A stretch of 64,000 nucleotides of DNA from Tetramitus jugosus (taxonomy: Eukaryota; Protista; Heterolobosea): the NCBI GenBank assembly GCA_937625935.1, contig OW569365.1:62001-126000 (forward strand), given 5' to 3'. The position numbers were made by a program, and so were the translations under genes. The notes beneath the pieces were generated by a model, which saw only the letters and a program-made list of their open reading frames with translations, searched no databases and had not been told where the DNA came from. Positions 43,738 to 56,297 of this stretch are shown in pieces (positions within the stretch are counted from its first letter, which is position 1; each line of letters opens with the position of its first letter).

Positions 43738-43970
43738 ATCTTTTGTTTCTTGTTTTTTCAGTGGAAAGTTCGAAAAAATGAGAACGTGGAGGGATTTTTA
43801 ATACGGCGGTCGCTGGGGGTCAGGCAAACCATCGTTTTTGTCATCTCATGAACGGTCATCCGATTATGAGGTCTTGGTCTTGAATAAAATGAGTATATCG
43901 ATATAAGAATGATTTTGAAGTTCTTGTTTCAGTTTCTGGCCTGATGGTACGTATTTGTTTCAACAACTTA

Positions 43971-45278
43971 TCATTCGACATCTTCCAGTTGTACATGCAA
44001 CTGTTGTTCGTTTCCTAACGAGTTTTCAGGAGACTTTCGAGTCAACAGGGAGTGTAGATCTTCTCTCGAAGAGGCTACTCGAACGAGACCTGATCTATAA
44101 CAAATCTTTAGGGAGCAGAAGTTAGGGCAGTTAATAAGCAGATCAATGGTACTCTGTGTCAAGTCAAAGGTAATCTCCAATCTTTCAATAGAGCCAGAAT
44201 TATTTGATACGATCTGGTTGATGGATGAAGCACTGGAGAGACATATCACTCTCAATCTATCAAATTTCAACAAGAATTTTCCAGGTATGGTCGTATTAAT
44301 CCGAATCGATGTTAAATTGGTTGGAATATGCGCGAATAGAAAGTTCATCTGTTCTTTAGGAGAGGTTACAGACAGACTTTGTAACATTGGAAATCTAACC
44401 ACAGATTCTAATTTGGGTAGTTTTAGTGCTGTGCTATGCAAACCAAAGTATGTTACCACAGAAAGGTGCTTGAGGTTGGGCATATCAGTTTGACACAACC
44501 AATAGATGTCTTTTGTGGCACAGTTCAAGTGTAGAGAGGTTAAATTGTTGAAACTATATGGTTCTTCCTCCCATGATGTTGTTCCAATGGTATTTGCTAT
44601 TTCTATATGTAATTCATCTAGGACGACCATTTCTCGTGCAAGGGCATTGAACAATTTTGGTAGCGAGGCCTTGTCCAGTTTCATGTTTAGTTTCTGTAAG
44701 GTCTTTCGAGTGCTAATAATCATTGTCATAAGATCTCCTCTGCCCCATTCGTCCCACTGTGTGTATCTAATTCTCTCCGAAACTATGAGCTTTCTTAAAT
44801 GGGCCATCGAACCGATGTACTCTACAGGCAATGGATAATGAAGATTCTCCAACGACAATTCCTTCAGAAAACGAAAACTCTTTGAAACTAGTTTGATAAC
44901 ATTGGAATCCCCTATGCTCAATGAGTCTAAAGACAGCTTATCCAAGAAATCCAAAGACTTACTCTGCTCCTGTGATTGGTCTCCAAAGAGTGAAATAGAT
45001 CTGATTCTATTGAGAGCTTCATCAGAAACCTGATCTAAACTCGGAATAGTAACAGAATCTCCGAGAGCGAGGTGCTTGAATTGATACCTTTCTATTCCCT
45101 TAATCAACTTTGGAGTAAGTTGTCGGTCGATACGAATTGTTAGAGGTAATCTCCCTTTGGTATCTTGATCTTCGATCATATCTCGAAAGCTTTTGCAAAC
45201 AAGTGAGATTCCACCAAACACCTCTTTTGTCGATAGATACTGAAATATTATTATCCATGTATCGTAAGGCACAACCAT
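43971..45278 (-). CDS. F-box / leucine-rich-repeat protein
   Basis: N-terminal VPYDTWIIIFQYL...LVCKSF F-box followed by LxxLxL repeats. Confidence 0.85.
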   Translation of the reverse strand: MVVPYDTWIIIFQYLSTKEVFGGISLVCKSFRDMIEDQDTKGRLPLTIRIDRQLTPKLIKGIERYQFKHLALGDSVTIPSLDQVSDEALNRIRSISLFGDQSQEQSKSLDFLDKLSLDSLSIGDSNVIKLVSKSFRFLKELSLENLHYPLPVEYIGSMAHLRKLIVSERIRYTQWDEWGRGDLMTMIISTRKTLQKLNMKLDKASLPKLFNALAREMVVLDELHIEIANTIGTTSWEEEPYSFNNLTSLHLNCATKDIYWLCQTDMPNLKHLSVVTYFGLHSTALKLPKLESVVRFPMLQSLSVTSPKEQMNFLFAHIPTNLTSIRINTTIPGKFLLKFDRLRVICLSSASSINQIVSNNSGSIERLEITFDLTQSTIDLLINCPNFCSLKICYRSGLVRVASSREDLHSLLTRKSPENSLGNEQQLHVQLEDVE

Positions 45279-45351
45279 CTTGTTTCTTTGAATTGGTCGT
45301 CAAAACAGCGGAAATTTTTTTTTCTCGCTGATTCGAAAGGACCACTACTAT

Positions 45352-48300
45352 TTGTTTTTCAACATTACCTGGACATATACCAAGATTTTCACATGTAATG
45401 ACGTTTCCAGCTTGAGTGTTGATGTTTGTTCGAGGTTTGGTCAATGTGTCGCTCAGGACAAGTGTCACTGCCATAGCGCACGGCACGGTCAGTGGTGTCA
45501 AAACGTTGGAATACAAAGGAGAGATGGTATCAAAACTACTTTTATAGGTGACAAGGATATCATGAGAATCAGGACATCCAATGATGGTCGCTTTGTCTAT
45601 CTGGTGGGTCACAACAAGGTGGACAGTGGATTTCTGGAGAAACGCAAGGTGGATGATAGTTTTGAACTTCAATGGGGATCTATCGTCAAGAATCCAAAGT
45701 TTCCCTCGAGTAGTGCTGTTCTTGGTCTAGGAGTGTCTGAAGACTCTGTTGTAATATCAGGTTCGCCGATTTTTGGAAAGACAGTTCTCGGACGTAATGA
45801 GAGTGATTAGAATTGAAGAGTGTTTTATGTGGATATTGTGGATACATTGCAAGGTTTGACCAATCAACGGGAAAATCTCTTTGGGTCAACTCAATTGAAG
45901 ACAAGGAGATGTATGCTGTTGCGATAGATGCCTCAAACAACATTTATTCATCTGGGGGGTGAATTTATGGCAACTGTTTGGTCGTGGAACTATTCCGACG
46001 GAATTGCGCAGTGGATGCATGAAATAGACAATCGAGGTGCTCAACAAGTGGATGATGGATCTTATGGACTAGATATTACAGTTACTCCAGATAATAGTTT
46101 GATTGTTGCTGGATTCTTCCGAGGGGAAATGTTCGGAGCAAATTCAACAGGTACAATGGCTGGGTTTGTCGTAAAACTGTCAAACAACCGTACCTCTCGA
46201 TGCTCATTACTGTTTAGTGGGAACGGAAATAGCGTTGTTCGTGCATTAAGTTCGTCAGAGGATGGATCAACTACTTATGTAACGGGAGCATTTGAGGGTG
46301 TAATTACTATTGATTCGTACTCTGTTGCTTCTTCTGGAAGCACAGATATCTTTCTGACGAAGATAAATAGTAACTGTAAGGTTCTATGGGTAGTGACAGC
46401 TGGAGGAGCAAAAAGTGATTCTGCATCGGCTATTGCCATCCTATCTGATGGCACTATTCAAATTGCGGGGTGTTTCACTGGTACTGCAAATTTTTCTTCA
46501 CATCTAATCTCTCCATTGCCTTGGATGGGTGATCAATGCGGCTTCCTTGCTTCTTACTCAACAGAGGGAATTCTCCAACAAGTGGTGTTGACCGGGTTAT
46601 GCGACTCAGGAATCAGAGTTCACCGTAGCAAAATGGATTCACTACTTGTAGGGAGGACCAAAAATCTCCAAAACAGAGATGAGTCTTTTATTGCAAGGGT
46701 GACGGATGTTCGATGCTTTGGAACTTCGTGGTCTAATTTTTCTGAAGTGTGCTCGGGACATGGTAATTGTATTGATTTTGATTTATGTGATTGTCACGAG
46801 GGATATTATGGTAGAAATTGCAACCTCACATCGTGTTATGGTTTCCTGGAAACTAGTCCTTTTGCTTGCTCTGGTCATGGAAGGTGTCTTCAAGATACCT
46901 GTAAATGTTTCACAGGTTGGTATGGAGACTACTGCTCAATACCAACATGTAATGGAATTATGGCTAACATGACTCAGTCGTGCAATAGCCAAACTTGCAT
47001 CGGACATGATACTTGTGTGTGTGTATCGAATACAACATCCGGAGTATGTCAAGACAAGGTATCACCTCCACCTGTCCACTACATGATGGATACGAACTTG
47101 CCTGAATTAATGAGAAGCACGCAACTACCATCCAATTTTGGGTTGGAAGTATTCAATGTGGATAAGATTTATAGGGAATTGGACTCTACTCCTTTACGTA
47201 AGCGTTACAATCTCGAACATGTCGAAGATTTTGTTCAAATCAAAGTTGATCGGACTCACTCAGTTCAAAAATTCATCCAACATCAATAACTTGAACTTCA
47301 AGAGTTGTGGAACAACGGTGGCCATTCCTTCATTTCTCAATACACTTCCAGGTACAGTCATTGCTGCTTTGGAAGTCGATCCTGTCTCCCTATGTGTGAC
47401 CAAACTGCTCTCGTCTATCATCTGATTCAGATACGAGTGAATATGATGAACGAGATTTTACCATCATTCCTTATTCAAGTGGTATTGTGGTAAAAAGTTT
47501 CTCTGATTCCCGAGAGAAATTGATATTGAAAAAGTTTTAAACCTATGAATTGTTTCAATCAACAGCAAGAAATCCTCTATATCATAGGAATTCAATGACT
47601 TTCAAAGATGTAGAGGCTCATGTAACAATTGATGATAAGAATCAAATCATTCTAGTAGGCACACTATATTATTCCTTGAGAGTATCAACAAGTGTTCCGA
47701 TTCCCATTCCATCTCTAGCCTCCTTACACTGTGGGGCTGGTGGTCACTCAAAACACAAGATTCGATCTTTCCATAGCCAAGGGAATAATTACTTTTTTGT
47801 ATCCAATCTATGCTCCAATACAACCAGTGGAGTCACCGCGACCAACACATTGCTGAAACTTGACGGAGTTGAATTGTTATGGAGTAAGGAATTTGCAATT
47901 CCATCGACTTATAATCGAATCATTGACTTTTATGTGGACAGTTCCTTCGAGAGATATCACTTGCTGTTGCAGAATGAGTCGCCAGAGGTGTTGTACTACG
48001 TAGTCAAGTCCGAATCTTGTTCAGTCTCCGATATTGATAAGCTTGAAGGAAATGAAATCTCTTCAACTCGCATAAGAAGGATCATTATCGGTATTGCATT
48101 TTGTGTTGTTGTTATCATTTGTCTCGTTTTATTGCTAGTTGTTAGTACTACATGGTACTTGAATAAGCGAAGGCTGCAGAAAAAGAAGGATGATTCGTTG
48201 TATGCAAAACTGTTGGACTTCGAATTAGCACAAACAGAAGGACATGAGGACTCCAAAGTACAACTTGCGACCACGATGAAGATCGATATTAACGAACTGA

Positions 48301-49199
48301 CCTTCACTTCCAAGATTAGTGAGGGAGCATATGGGGCAGTTTTTCGAGGAGTCTGGTGCAACCAAGACGTTGCAATTAAAAGATTAAAAGTGGAAGACGA
48401 AGATGCATTTGTTCGTGAAGTATCCGTGTTAAATTGCTTGAGGCATCTCAATATTCTTATGTTGTACGGATACAGTGTTGATGGAAAAGGGAACAAGTAT
48501 ATCATTACAGAGTACGTGGATGCCGGTAATCTGGATGATGCCCTTTCCCAGCGCAAGTTGAAAGACTTTGAGAAGAAGATCTCGATTCTTCTTGGAATTG
48601 CTCAAGGAATGGCCTTCCTCCATTCAAGAGAGAACAAGATAGTTCACAGAGACTTGAAACCACAAAACATTTTGATGAAGAAGGATGGGACATGTAAACT
48701 CTGTGATTTTGGGCTATCCAGGGTAGCAGATAACTCACTGACTGTCGGTGTTAGTTTTGGTACACTACAGTACATGTGTCCAGAATTATTGCAGCACGCT
48801 AGTTATGATGAAACATGCGATGTGTATAGTTTCGGTATTCTCATGCACGAGGTTTTCACATTTGAGAAACCATACTCGTCATCAGGGAGCAGTTCTTCTC
48901 AAGGATTTGTGATGAACCAGTTTACTATCGGACTTCAGGTGATTCAGGGACATAGACCTATGGTGCCCTCAGAAGTTATTCAATGGGGTCAAGGAAAAGA
49001 CAATGAGGAGAGCCTAGCTCATTATCTTTCAAATTTCTTTTCCAAGAGCAATGAACTATCAAAGAAGAAACTTTCCTTTTTTCAGATAGCAGCAGTGACA
49101 CACCAATACTTTTCATTGTGTACACAGTGTTGGTCTCCCAGCGCGGAACATCGCTTAAGTTTTGAACGAATTGTCTCTCAGCTGCTCACTTCAAAATAA
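45352..49199 (+). pseudogene. Disrupted receptor-like TKL kinase (EGF repeats, beta-propeller, TM helix, kinase)
   Basis: One reading path is recovered with frameshifts at about 45807, 45954-45959 and about 47400 and in-frame TAA at 47287 and 47538; no ATG or signal peptide at the 5' end. The kinase part (EGAYGAV, VAIK, HRDLKPQN, DFG, DVYSFG) is intact. Confidence 0.75.
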
Positions 49200-49927
49200 A
49201 GAATAATCATGAATAGAAACTTGTGCGAAAAACTGTAAATGAAGAGAAACAAGTGAGATCTTGGTTACTCTTTTTGTCTTGGGCCGCGGGCAGTTGATCC
49301 CTTGTCCAATCGAAATGTGAGTCAGGAGATATCGCAGGCGATTTTTCGGCCCTAGATCTGTATGTTTATGGATTTATATTATCCCGGAGAAGGGATTATC
49401 CAAGCGTTGTCAGGACGAATCGCCTTCTGGTTGCTGGCATGCTTTGGTCATTGACGATCTTTTTTGCTAGCTGAATTTTTCCAACGTACAGTTTGTTTGG
49501 ATGGATTCGTCTGACTCTCCCCAGTGAACGCTTTTTTGTAAATATACTTTGACATTTGACAATCTGGTTGAGTCTCTATCCTCAATTGTTCTGCTGGACG
49601 CAAACAACACCCACCAAGAAATGCTCCAAGCACTTTTCCAACCATTCTCTTCGTCATCGGTGAGGGCCCACAACAAGCAATTCTTCCTGAAATTAAACTG
49701 TTAGAAGCACAATTGCAGCTATCAACCTATCACTCCGCAACAACAATCCAAACACCACAAACAACAAAAAATTGCCAATTCACCTCCTGTTCAAAGTGAG
49801 CACCCAACCACACAACAATCTGTTCCGTACAGACACCTCTCACAACACACAAAAAATTATCCAACACCCAACAACCACAAAAAAACGAACACCCACTTTT
49901 TTTAAAGAGACTAACAACAACAACTAC

Positions 49928-52768
49928 ATGTTCCACCAACAACAACAGCAACAACAACCACAACCACAAACCACACCACTCCACCAGCACCAACTGCACC
50001 AACAACAACAAACAACAACACCAACAAATAACAACCACCACCAAAACGACAACAATTCCGCTGCATTCACTCCAGTGTTCAACAACAACAACAGCAACAG
50101 TAGTAGCAGTAGCATAGGCAATAGCTTATCAGAGTACAGCTTGACTACTCACTATACAACACCAACACTCAACAACAACAACAACAACAATTTTTATTCA
50201 ACACATACGTCGACTACGACTGCTGGTAACAACAACAACAATAATAATAATAACAGCAATAATAACAATAATAACATTGCCATGAGACAACGAAGCATTA
50301 GCGAAGGCATCAAACCAACCACCAATTTACTCCTCAAGAGTTCACTTGTAAATCAAATGCAACATCAACGGACACTCAGCAAAAATAACAACAATAACAA
50401 TAACAACAGTGGGACGTACGGTGTTTTCACCGTAAACTATAATTTAGACAATAACAACAACAACAACATTGATAATGATCATTATCTCAATGACAATAAT
50501 AACAACAATAATAATAATAATAATAGTGGCATGTTCAACTTGAATCATCAGGGAAGAGTACGTGCCATCTCCAGTTCTGTACAAAGAAGATCATCTTCAT
50601 CATTATCATCATCATCATCAACATCGTGCTTTTCTCCCTCATCACCCACTTCTCCTTCACCAACAATGATTCAGTCACCTACAACGACTGTCAATCCACA
50701 GTCGCCTTCTCCTGCGTCTGTTTTATCGACATCGCCTTCTTCCTCCTCCCCCATTGCGCTGTCATTGCTGACGACTACAGCGGGCAGTGGCGCTCATTCC
50801 GTTTTTGCGACGTCGGGAAATAGTCCAATTTCTCCTTCAATGGCATCGAACACGACTGTTGGCGGCAATGGCAGCAGTAGCAAACCAAGAGGAAAGAGAG
50901 ACGTGTTTTGGAAGTCGTTCAACTCTTCTCCATCGAATCCACCTGGACTCACTCACACGAATAACAACAATATCAACAACAACAACAACAACCACAACAA
51001 TAGCAATAATGCTCCTTCACCAAGCTCTCCCACTCAACAAAGCTCTACTGGTGTTAGCTTTGATGAAAGTCGCTTAAATCTTCCCAAACTGATCTCTATT
51101 TCATCGTCGAATCATCCACAACTCGCTCAACTTTCATCCTCACCTAGGTCATCCCCCGTAGCATCACCAGTGTCTTCTCCAAGGCATCACCCATATGCAC
51201 TGCCATCCAATTTGAGAAAGAGGAGTGATAGCTCTGGACTCGTATCCAATTTCTTAAACTTGAGCATTGAACAACAGCAGCAGCAGCAGCACCATCTTCA
51301 TCATCATGCACATGGTCATCACTACAAGACGAGTCCATTGCACATGAAGAGAGGAGCATCAGATGGACCAATGTCACCCATTTCACCCTCTGCTACAACG
51401 ATAACAACAACTACTACTACTGCTGCTACTACTACACCTAATCATACGAGTGATGGTGTGACGAATAGTGGTGTCAGCACTCCTACGACTACTACTACTA
51501 CTACTACGAATCACAATAGTAGCAACAACAATATGCTATCCAATCAAACATCACAACAACAACAACAGTATGTGAGCGCACAACAGTATTCATCTCTTGT
51601 GAACACGAGTGATGCTACCAATGGCATCATAAGCACGAATAACAATACGATAGTAGGTAATGGTAATTTGAGTAGTAATAATAACAATGTATTTATGGTT
51701 TCACAACAACAACAACTCACTCTATATACTACTACTCAAATTCCATCACCTATTCAACAACAACAGCAACAATTGACGAATAATGCAGTCAACATGTCCA
51801 TGAATGACACGAATAGTGTTACTGGGACGCTTTTTTATAATACGAATGGTGGTGGTGGTAGTGGTGGTGGTGTGTCATCTTCCAATACGACCAACAACAT
51901 TGTGGGTGGTCATACGTTAGGTCAAGTACCTCCACTCTCTACCAATGCGATTGATTTTGCACACATTGCTTTTTCAGGTGGTGAATATTCACAAATGTTG
52001 ATGATGAATGCTGCTGCAGCAGCAGTTGCAAATCAGATGGATCCTATGGTGGCCGCCTCTACCAACACTGTCTCTTGTAGTTCTGCAATCAATGTTCCAT
52101 TTGGTCAAGCAGGACCCATGTCGAACAACAATAGTGGAATTTTGGATGTTTTACACTCGTCGAGGGGTTCCTATCCTGGAACACCGACCACACCAGTGAC
52201 AACAGGTGGCTCAACCATGTTTTACCATTCAGTTGCTGCTCCGAATGCCATGGTTGATCCAAACATGTACGCTCAGTATCAGATGTCTGCTGCTGCGCAA
52301 CAACAGCAACAACAAGTGTATCAAGCAACAATGATGCCGACATCTCACTTGTACATGATGAATCCGAGCGATGTTGGTGTGAATGATCTCTATGGTGTCA
52401 CTGCAGATATGGATATGAACTCTGGTCATGGTAGTATATTAGATCTAGGTTCTGAAGAGCACGACCATCCAGACCCAGAGGGATTCGAGGATGAAGATAT
52501 GAATAATGTTGGGTCTTCTGATTTGGCAATGTATAGTGAGTACAATGACTTGTTCCCTCTGGATATCGCTGGTGACGGTCCATCGTCTCAAACAGAAGAA
52601 GGGTTATTAGTGAGGGACTTTGAACAGTATTTTGGTGATGCAATTCCAACTGGTGGACCCTTGCAAACTACCACACCAAATCCAAGTCAATCATCCATGC
52701 ACACTGACCTATTGGGGTCGACAGCACACGTCGACAGCTACAATTACCAATCTGGAGACATGTTTTAG
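49928..52768 (+). CDS. N/Q/S-rich intrinsically disordered protein
   Basis: First ATG 49928; 946 aa; poly-N/Q, many SP sites, RHHPY motif, acidic aromatic C-terminus. Confidence 0.75.
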   Translation: MFHQQQQQQQPQPQTTPLHQHQLHQQQQTTTPTNNNHHQNDNNSAAFTPVFNNNNSNSSSSSIGNSLSEYSLTTHYTTPTLNNNNNNNFYSTHTSTTTAGNNNNNNNNNSNNNNNNIAMRQRSISEGIKPTTNLLLKSSLVNQMQHQRTLSKNNNNNNNNSGTYGVFTVNYNLDNNNNNNIDNDHYLNDNNNNNNNNNNSGMFNLNHQGRVRAISSSVQRRSSSSLSSSSSTSCFSPSSPTSPSPTMIQSPTTTVNPQSPSPASVLSTSPSSSSPIALSLLTTTAGSGAHSVFATSGNSPISPSMASNTTVGGNGSSSKPRGKRDVFWKSFNSSPSNPPGLTHTNNNNINNNNNNHNNSNNAPSPSSPTQQSSTGVSFDESRLNLPKLISISSSNHPQLAQLSSSPRSSPVASPVSSPRHHPYALPSNLRKRSDSSGLVSNFLNLSIEQQQQQQHHLHHHAHGHHYKTSPLHMKRGASDGPMSPISPSATTITTTTTTAATTTPNHTSDGVTNSGVSTPTTTTTTTTNHNSSNNNMLSNQTSQQQQQYVSAQQYSSLVNTSDATNGIISTNNNTIVGNGNLSSNNNNVFMVSQQQQLTLYTTTQIPSPIQQQQQQLTNNAVNMSMNDTNSVTGTLFYNTNGGGGSGGGVSSSNTTNNIVGGHTLGQVPPLSTNAIDFAHIAFSGGEYSQMLMMNAAAAAVANQMDPMVAASTNTVSCSSAINVPFGQAGPMSNNNSGILDVLHSSRGSYPGTPTTPVTTGGSTMFYHSVAAPNAMVDPNMYAQYQMSAAAQQQQQQVYQATMMPTSHLYMMNPSDVGVNDLYGVTADMDMNSGHGSILDLGSEEHDHPDPEGFEDEDMNNVGSSDLAMYSEYNDLFPLDIAGDGPSSQTEEGLLVRDFEQYFGDAIPTGGPLQTTTPNPSQSSMHTDLLGSTAHVDSYNYQSGDMF

Positions 52769-53052
52769 TTGTGAATAAAAACAATCCTTCCCATCACTTA
52801 ATAGAACATACTTGATCAGAAATAAAGAACATTTTCCTCCTGGAATGATCTAGGCCTGTCAATCATGGGATACTAAAATCTCCAACAACCCCAGAACAAG
52901 AAGTTCGCTCCAGGAACAGTAGTGGAAATCAACAAAAAACAACTGTCCAAAGGAAGACATCTCTTGTGTACAACACGAACAAAACCAACAAAACACACGA
53001 AACAATACACCGACCCACAAGACAAAATCATCATCCACATCATCTTTAGCAA

Positions 53053-55951
53053 ATGCAATCCGCAACAGCAACAGGCGGAGAAATTCCCAACATGATGAAA
53101 AAGCGCAAAAGCTTTCATGGTTCTGTTCTCTCTCAGATAAACAAGCATGCCATTCATGATGACTCATCATATGTGAACGTTGTTGAAAATGGTCACTTTT
53201 CAACCACGACGACAATATCCAGAAACTCCAACGAGTTGGTGTTGAGTCCAATCAATCGTCGACCATCTGCCAATTTGAGTGAACTGAACACGAATATTAT
53301 GAGCATTGTGGATCAGGTTGATCACAGTGACGAAGTATCCAAACGGCTTGTTCAGCAACAATTGTTGAACACGGTTTCTCAACTTAAAGTGGGTATGGTG
53401 GCCAACACTGTGTTATCTACTGGTGTCAAGAGCAGTGATGATATGATGACCTTGAATACAAGTTCTCCTGATGTCATGTTGATGACTTCGGCGAGCTCTC
53501 TGGTGACACAAGACAAGGGAACATTTTCAATTGCAAAGAGTGAGGCCAAGAAGATGAAGAGAGAACAAAAGAAGAGAAAGGATCGACTTTTTGTGTTGGA
53601 TAGTCAAGGAGCGTACTTTGAGGTGTGGGACGTGAGAAAGAAGCATCGAAAGGTCATTTTCTTTTTGAAGGATGTCAAGGAAGTGGTGTCTGGTGCGGCG
53701 CCGTCGTCCAGAATCACTCGAGGCGAAAGTTTCATGAAGAGTTCAACCACTTCGGTTGCGACGACAAGCACCAGTCGATTTAAAAAATTTTTCAAGCTCA
53801 AGAGCAGCACGACTGAACAAAGCTCCAAGTCTCCATCTGTAGATTCAACAGACAACTTTTACTTTACTGTCAAGTATGGATCAGGAGACACGGACCGATT
53901 GAAGATTTTCTGTCAGAGCAAGGAGGAGTTTGAAAGATGGGTTCTCGCATTGAATTATTTAATCAAGGAGGCCATTTTGGCATATGAAACCAATCCACAC
54001 AAGATGTATGTGGATGCATATTTTGAATACTTTTGTAGCTTTTCTTGCCTTATGCATTACTGACACTCATTAATTCACTTGAAATAGATTGATTATGAAG
54101 CAGTGGATGGCAGCCGATGCGAATGGAGATGGTCAATTATCGAAAAAGGAGATAGCCAACTTATTGCACGCATTAAATATTGATGCAAGTCGCAGGTTTG
54201 TCAATCACGAGTTTGATTTGGCTGACAAGGACAAGAGTGGTTACTTGGATTACGAAGAGTTTATCGATTTTTACAAAAAGTTGGCTCACAGAGCAGAGAT
54301 GGATGATCTATTTAATCGATATACAACACAGTTCGAGGGTCAAGTCATGTTGGTTGATGAATTTTTGTGGTTTTTGCAACGAGAGCAACATGAGACCGAG
54401 GCAACTCTTGAGGATGCATATTCTGTGATGCTCAGAGCAGGAGTTGTACAAACCAATATGGGTATTGGACTAACGAAGCATGACTTCTCAAGATATATAT
54501 TTGGTCTCAGCAACACAATTGTGGAACAAGATGCCTATGCTGAGAATCATGATATGGATCAGCCGTTGAGTCACTACTATATTGCAAGCAGTCACAATAC
54601 GTACTTGACTGGTCATCAGTTGCACGGAGAGAGCTCAGTTGACATGTATCGTAGAGTGTTATACACTGGATGTCGTTGTGTAGAGTTGGATTGTTGGGAT
54701 GGAAAGGACGGTGAGCCTATTATTTTCCATGGACACACACTCACATCCAAAATTCGATTCAAGGATGTCATCCACTGTGTAGCACAGCACGCATTTGTGT
54801 CCAGTGAGTATCCCGTGATTCTTTCACTGGAGATGCACTGCTCTGTTCCTCAACAAGACAAGATTGCGCAATACTTAATCGAAATTTTAGGACCTATGCT
54901 TGTTCTTCCGACTGAAGTGGAGTCTAATAGTGAATTACCCTCACCTGCAAAATTGAGGAAACGTATTCTCATCAAAGGTAAGAGAATACGATCTACCAGT
55001 GGCCAAACTGACACCGATAACTTTGACGATGACGATGAAGACCTAGATTCAGTGGTTGACGATGAGTTGGATATTTCCGATGAACAGGAGGTTCGAGATT
55101 ACAAGAAGATGAAAAAGTCTCACGTACAAGTCAAGGTATCAGAGAACCTGAGCAACATAACAGCCTTATCTGCTGTTAGTTTCAAACCACCACTCGTCCA
55201 CGATGAGTGCCATCGTATGCACAGTTTCTCAGAGACTCGAATCGCGCGGTTCGAAAAGAAACCCTTTGACTATATGGCCCTTACACGGTACAACACTACT
55301 CAACTAAGCAGAGTTTATCCCAAAGGAACCAGATTTGGAAGCAGTAATTATGATCCATTACCTGCATGGAACGCTGGGTGTCAACTTGTTGCTCTAAACT
55401 ATCAAACCAATTGTAGATTCCTGAGATTCAATCTGAACAAGTTTGCAGAGAATGGCAACACTGGCTATTTGTTGAAACCTTCATTCTTGCGAGACCCCAC
55501 ACGAATCTTTGATATCGAAAGTATGAATCGTCCATCATACCACTTCAAAATAACTGTTGTGTCTGGAGAGACACTACCAAAGCCAATGCAATCGAGCAAG
55601 GGAGAGGTTGTTGATCCGTTTGTGCGCCTACAATTGTATGGCACAACTCGCGACTCTTCAGTGCTCTTTGATACCAAAACTATCTGGGATAATGGCTTTA
55701 ATCCAGTGTGGAACGAAACATGTCAATTTGACGTCTTCTGTCTCGATCTTGCCCACTTGCGCGTTGCAGTGTACGACAAGAACAAGGCTTCATCCGATAT
55801 ATTCTTGTGTGAGACGATCGTATCATTGAACGAGCTTCGAGAGGGCTACCGCAACGTTCCCCTGAGGAATCAGTTCGGAAAGCTGATTGACGGAGCTTCC
55901 GTTTTGCTTCATATACAATACAGGAGAATCCTCGCGGATGAATCATTTTAG
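53053..55951 (+). CDS. PLC: Phosphoinositide phospholipase C (delta-like)
   Basis: Exons 53053-54005 and 54088-55951. PH domain, EF-hands, X box (SSHNTYL, GCRCVELDCWDG, FHGHTLT), Y box (RVYPKG.R..SSNY, VALNYQ), C2 domain. Confidence 0.95.
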
Positions 55952-56297
55952 GACAAATAACCCCCTTTTGTCCTGCGCGATGCATAACCAAAACTGAGAT
56001 CTTCTCCATGGTTGTATAAATACCTTCCTATAAACGGAGTATTTTCTTATTTTTCCGAATCAATTGCGCCCTTTTTGCTCAATTTTTCCGTGGAGAAACT
56101 GTTTGTCCTGTTGATTACACCTGCGCAACCTGGGAGCAAGGTTCAATGGTGCTGTTTCGTCGCACACTTTTTATTTCCTGGGCACCTTATCTCAGGTCTC
56201 GAGCGAATCCCCTATTCCTTCTCTCTGAGAAGTACCAAAAAGTCCTCAGAGAGAAACAAAGTAAACCACCAGACTACCAACCAGTCACTATCAAAAC

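Noticed and set aside
42481-43980. Identical 10-mer tcattcgaca at the stop codons of the RCC1 and F-box genes as a target-site duplication
   Set aside because: Both copies are coding ends (VE-stop) and no element lies between them; probably coincidence.
47287-47540. In-frame TAA codons as evidence of stop-codon reassignment
   Set aside because: Conserved genes here (COPZ, VPS35, Sec61-gamma, DHX16, Rab18) end properly at TAA, and the same locus also has frameshifts.
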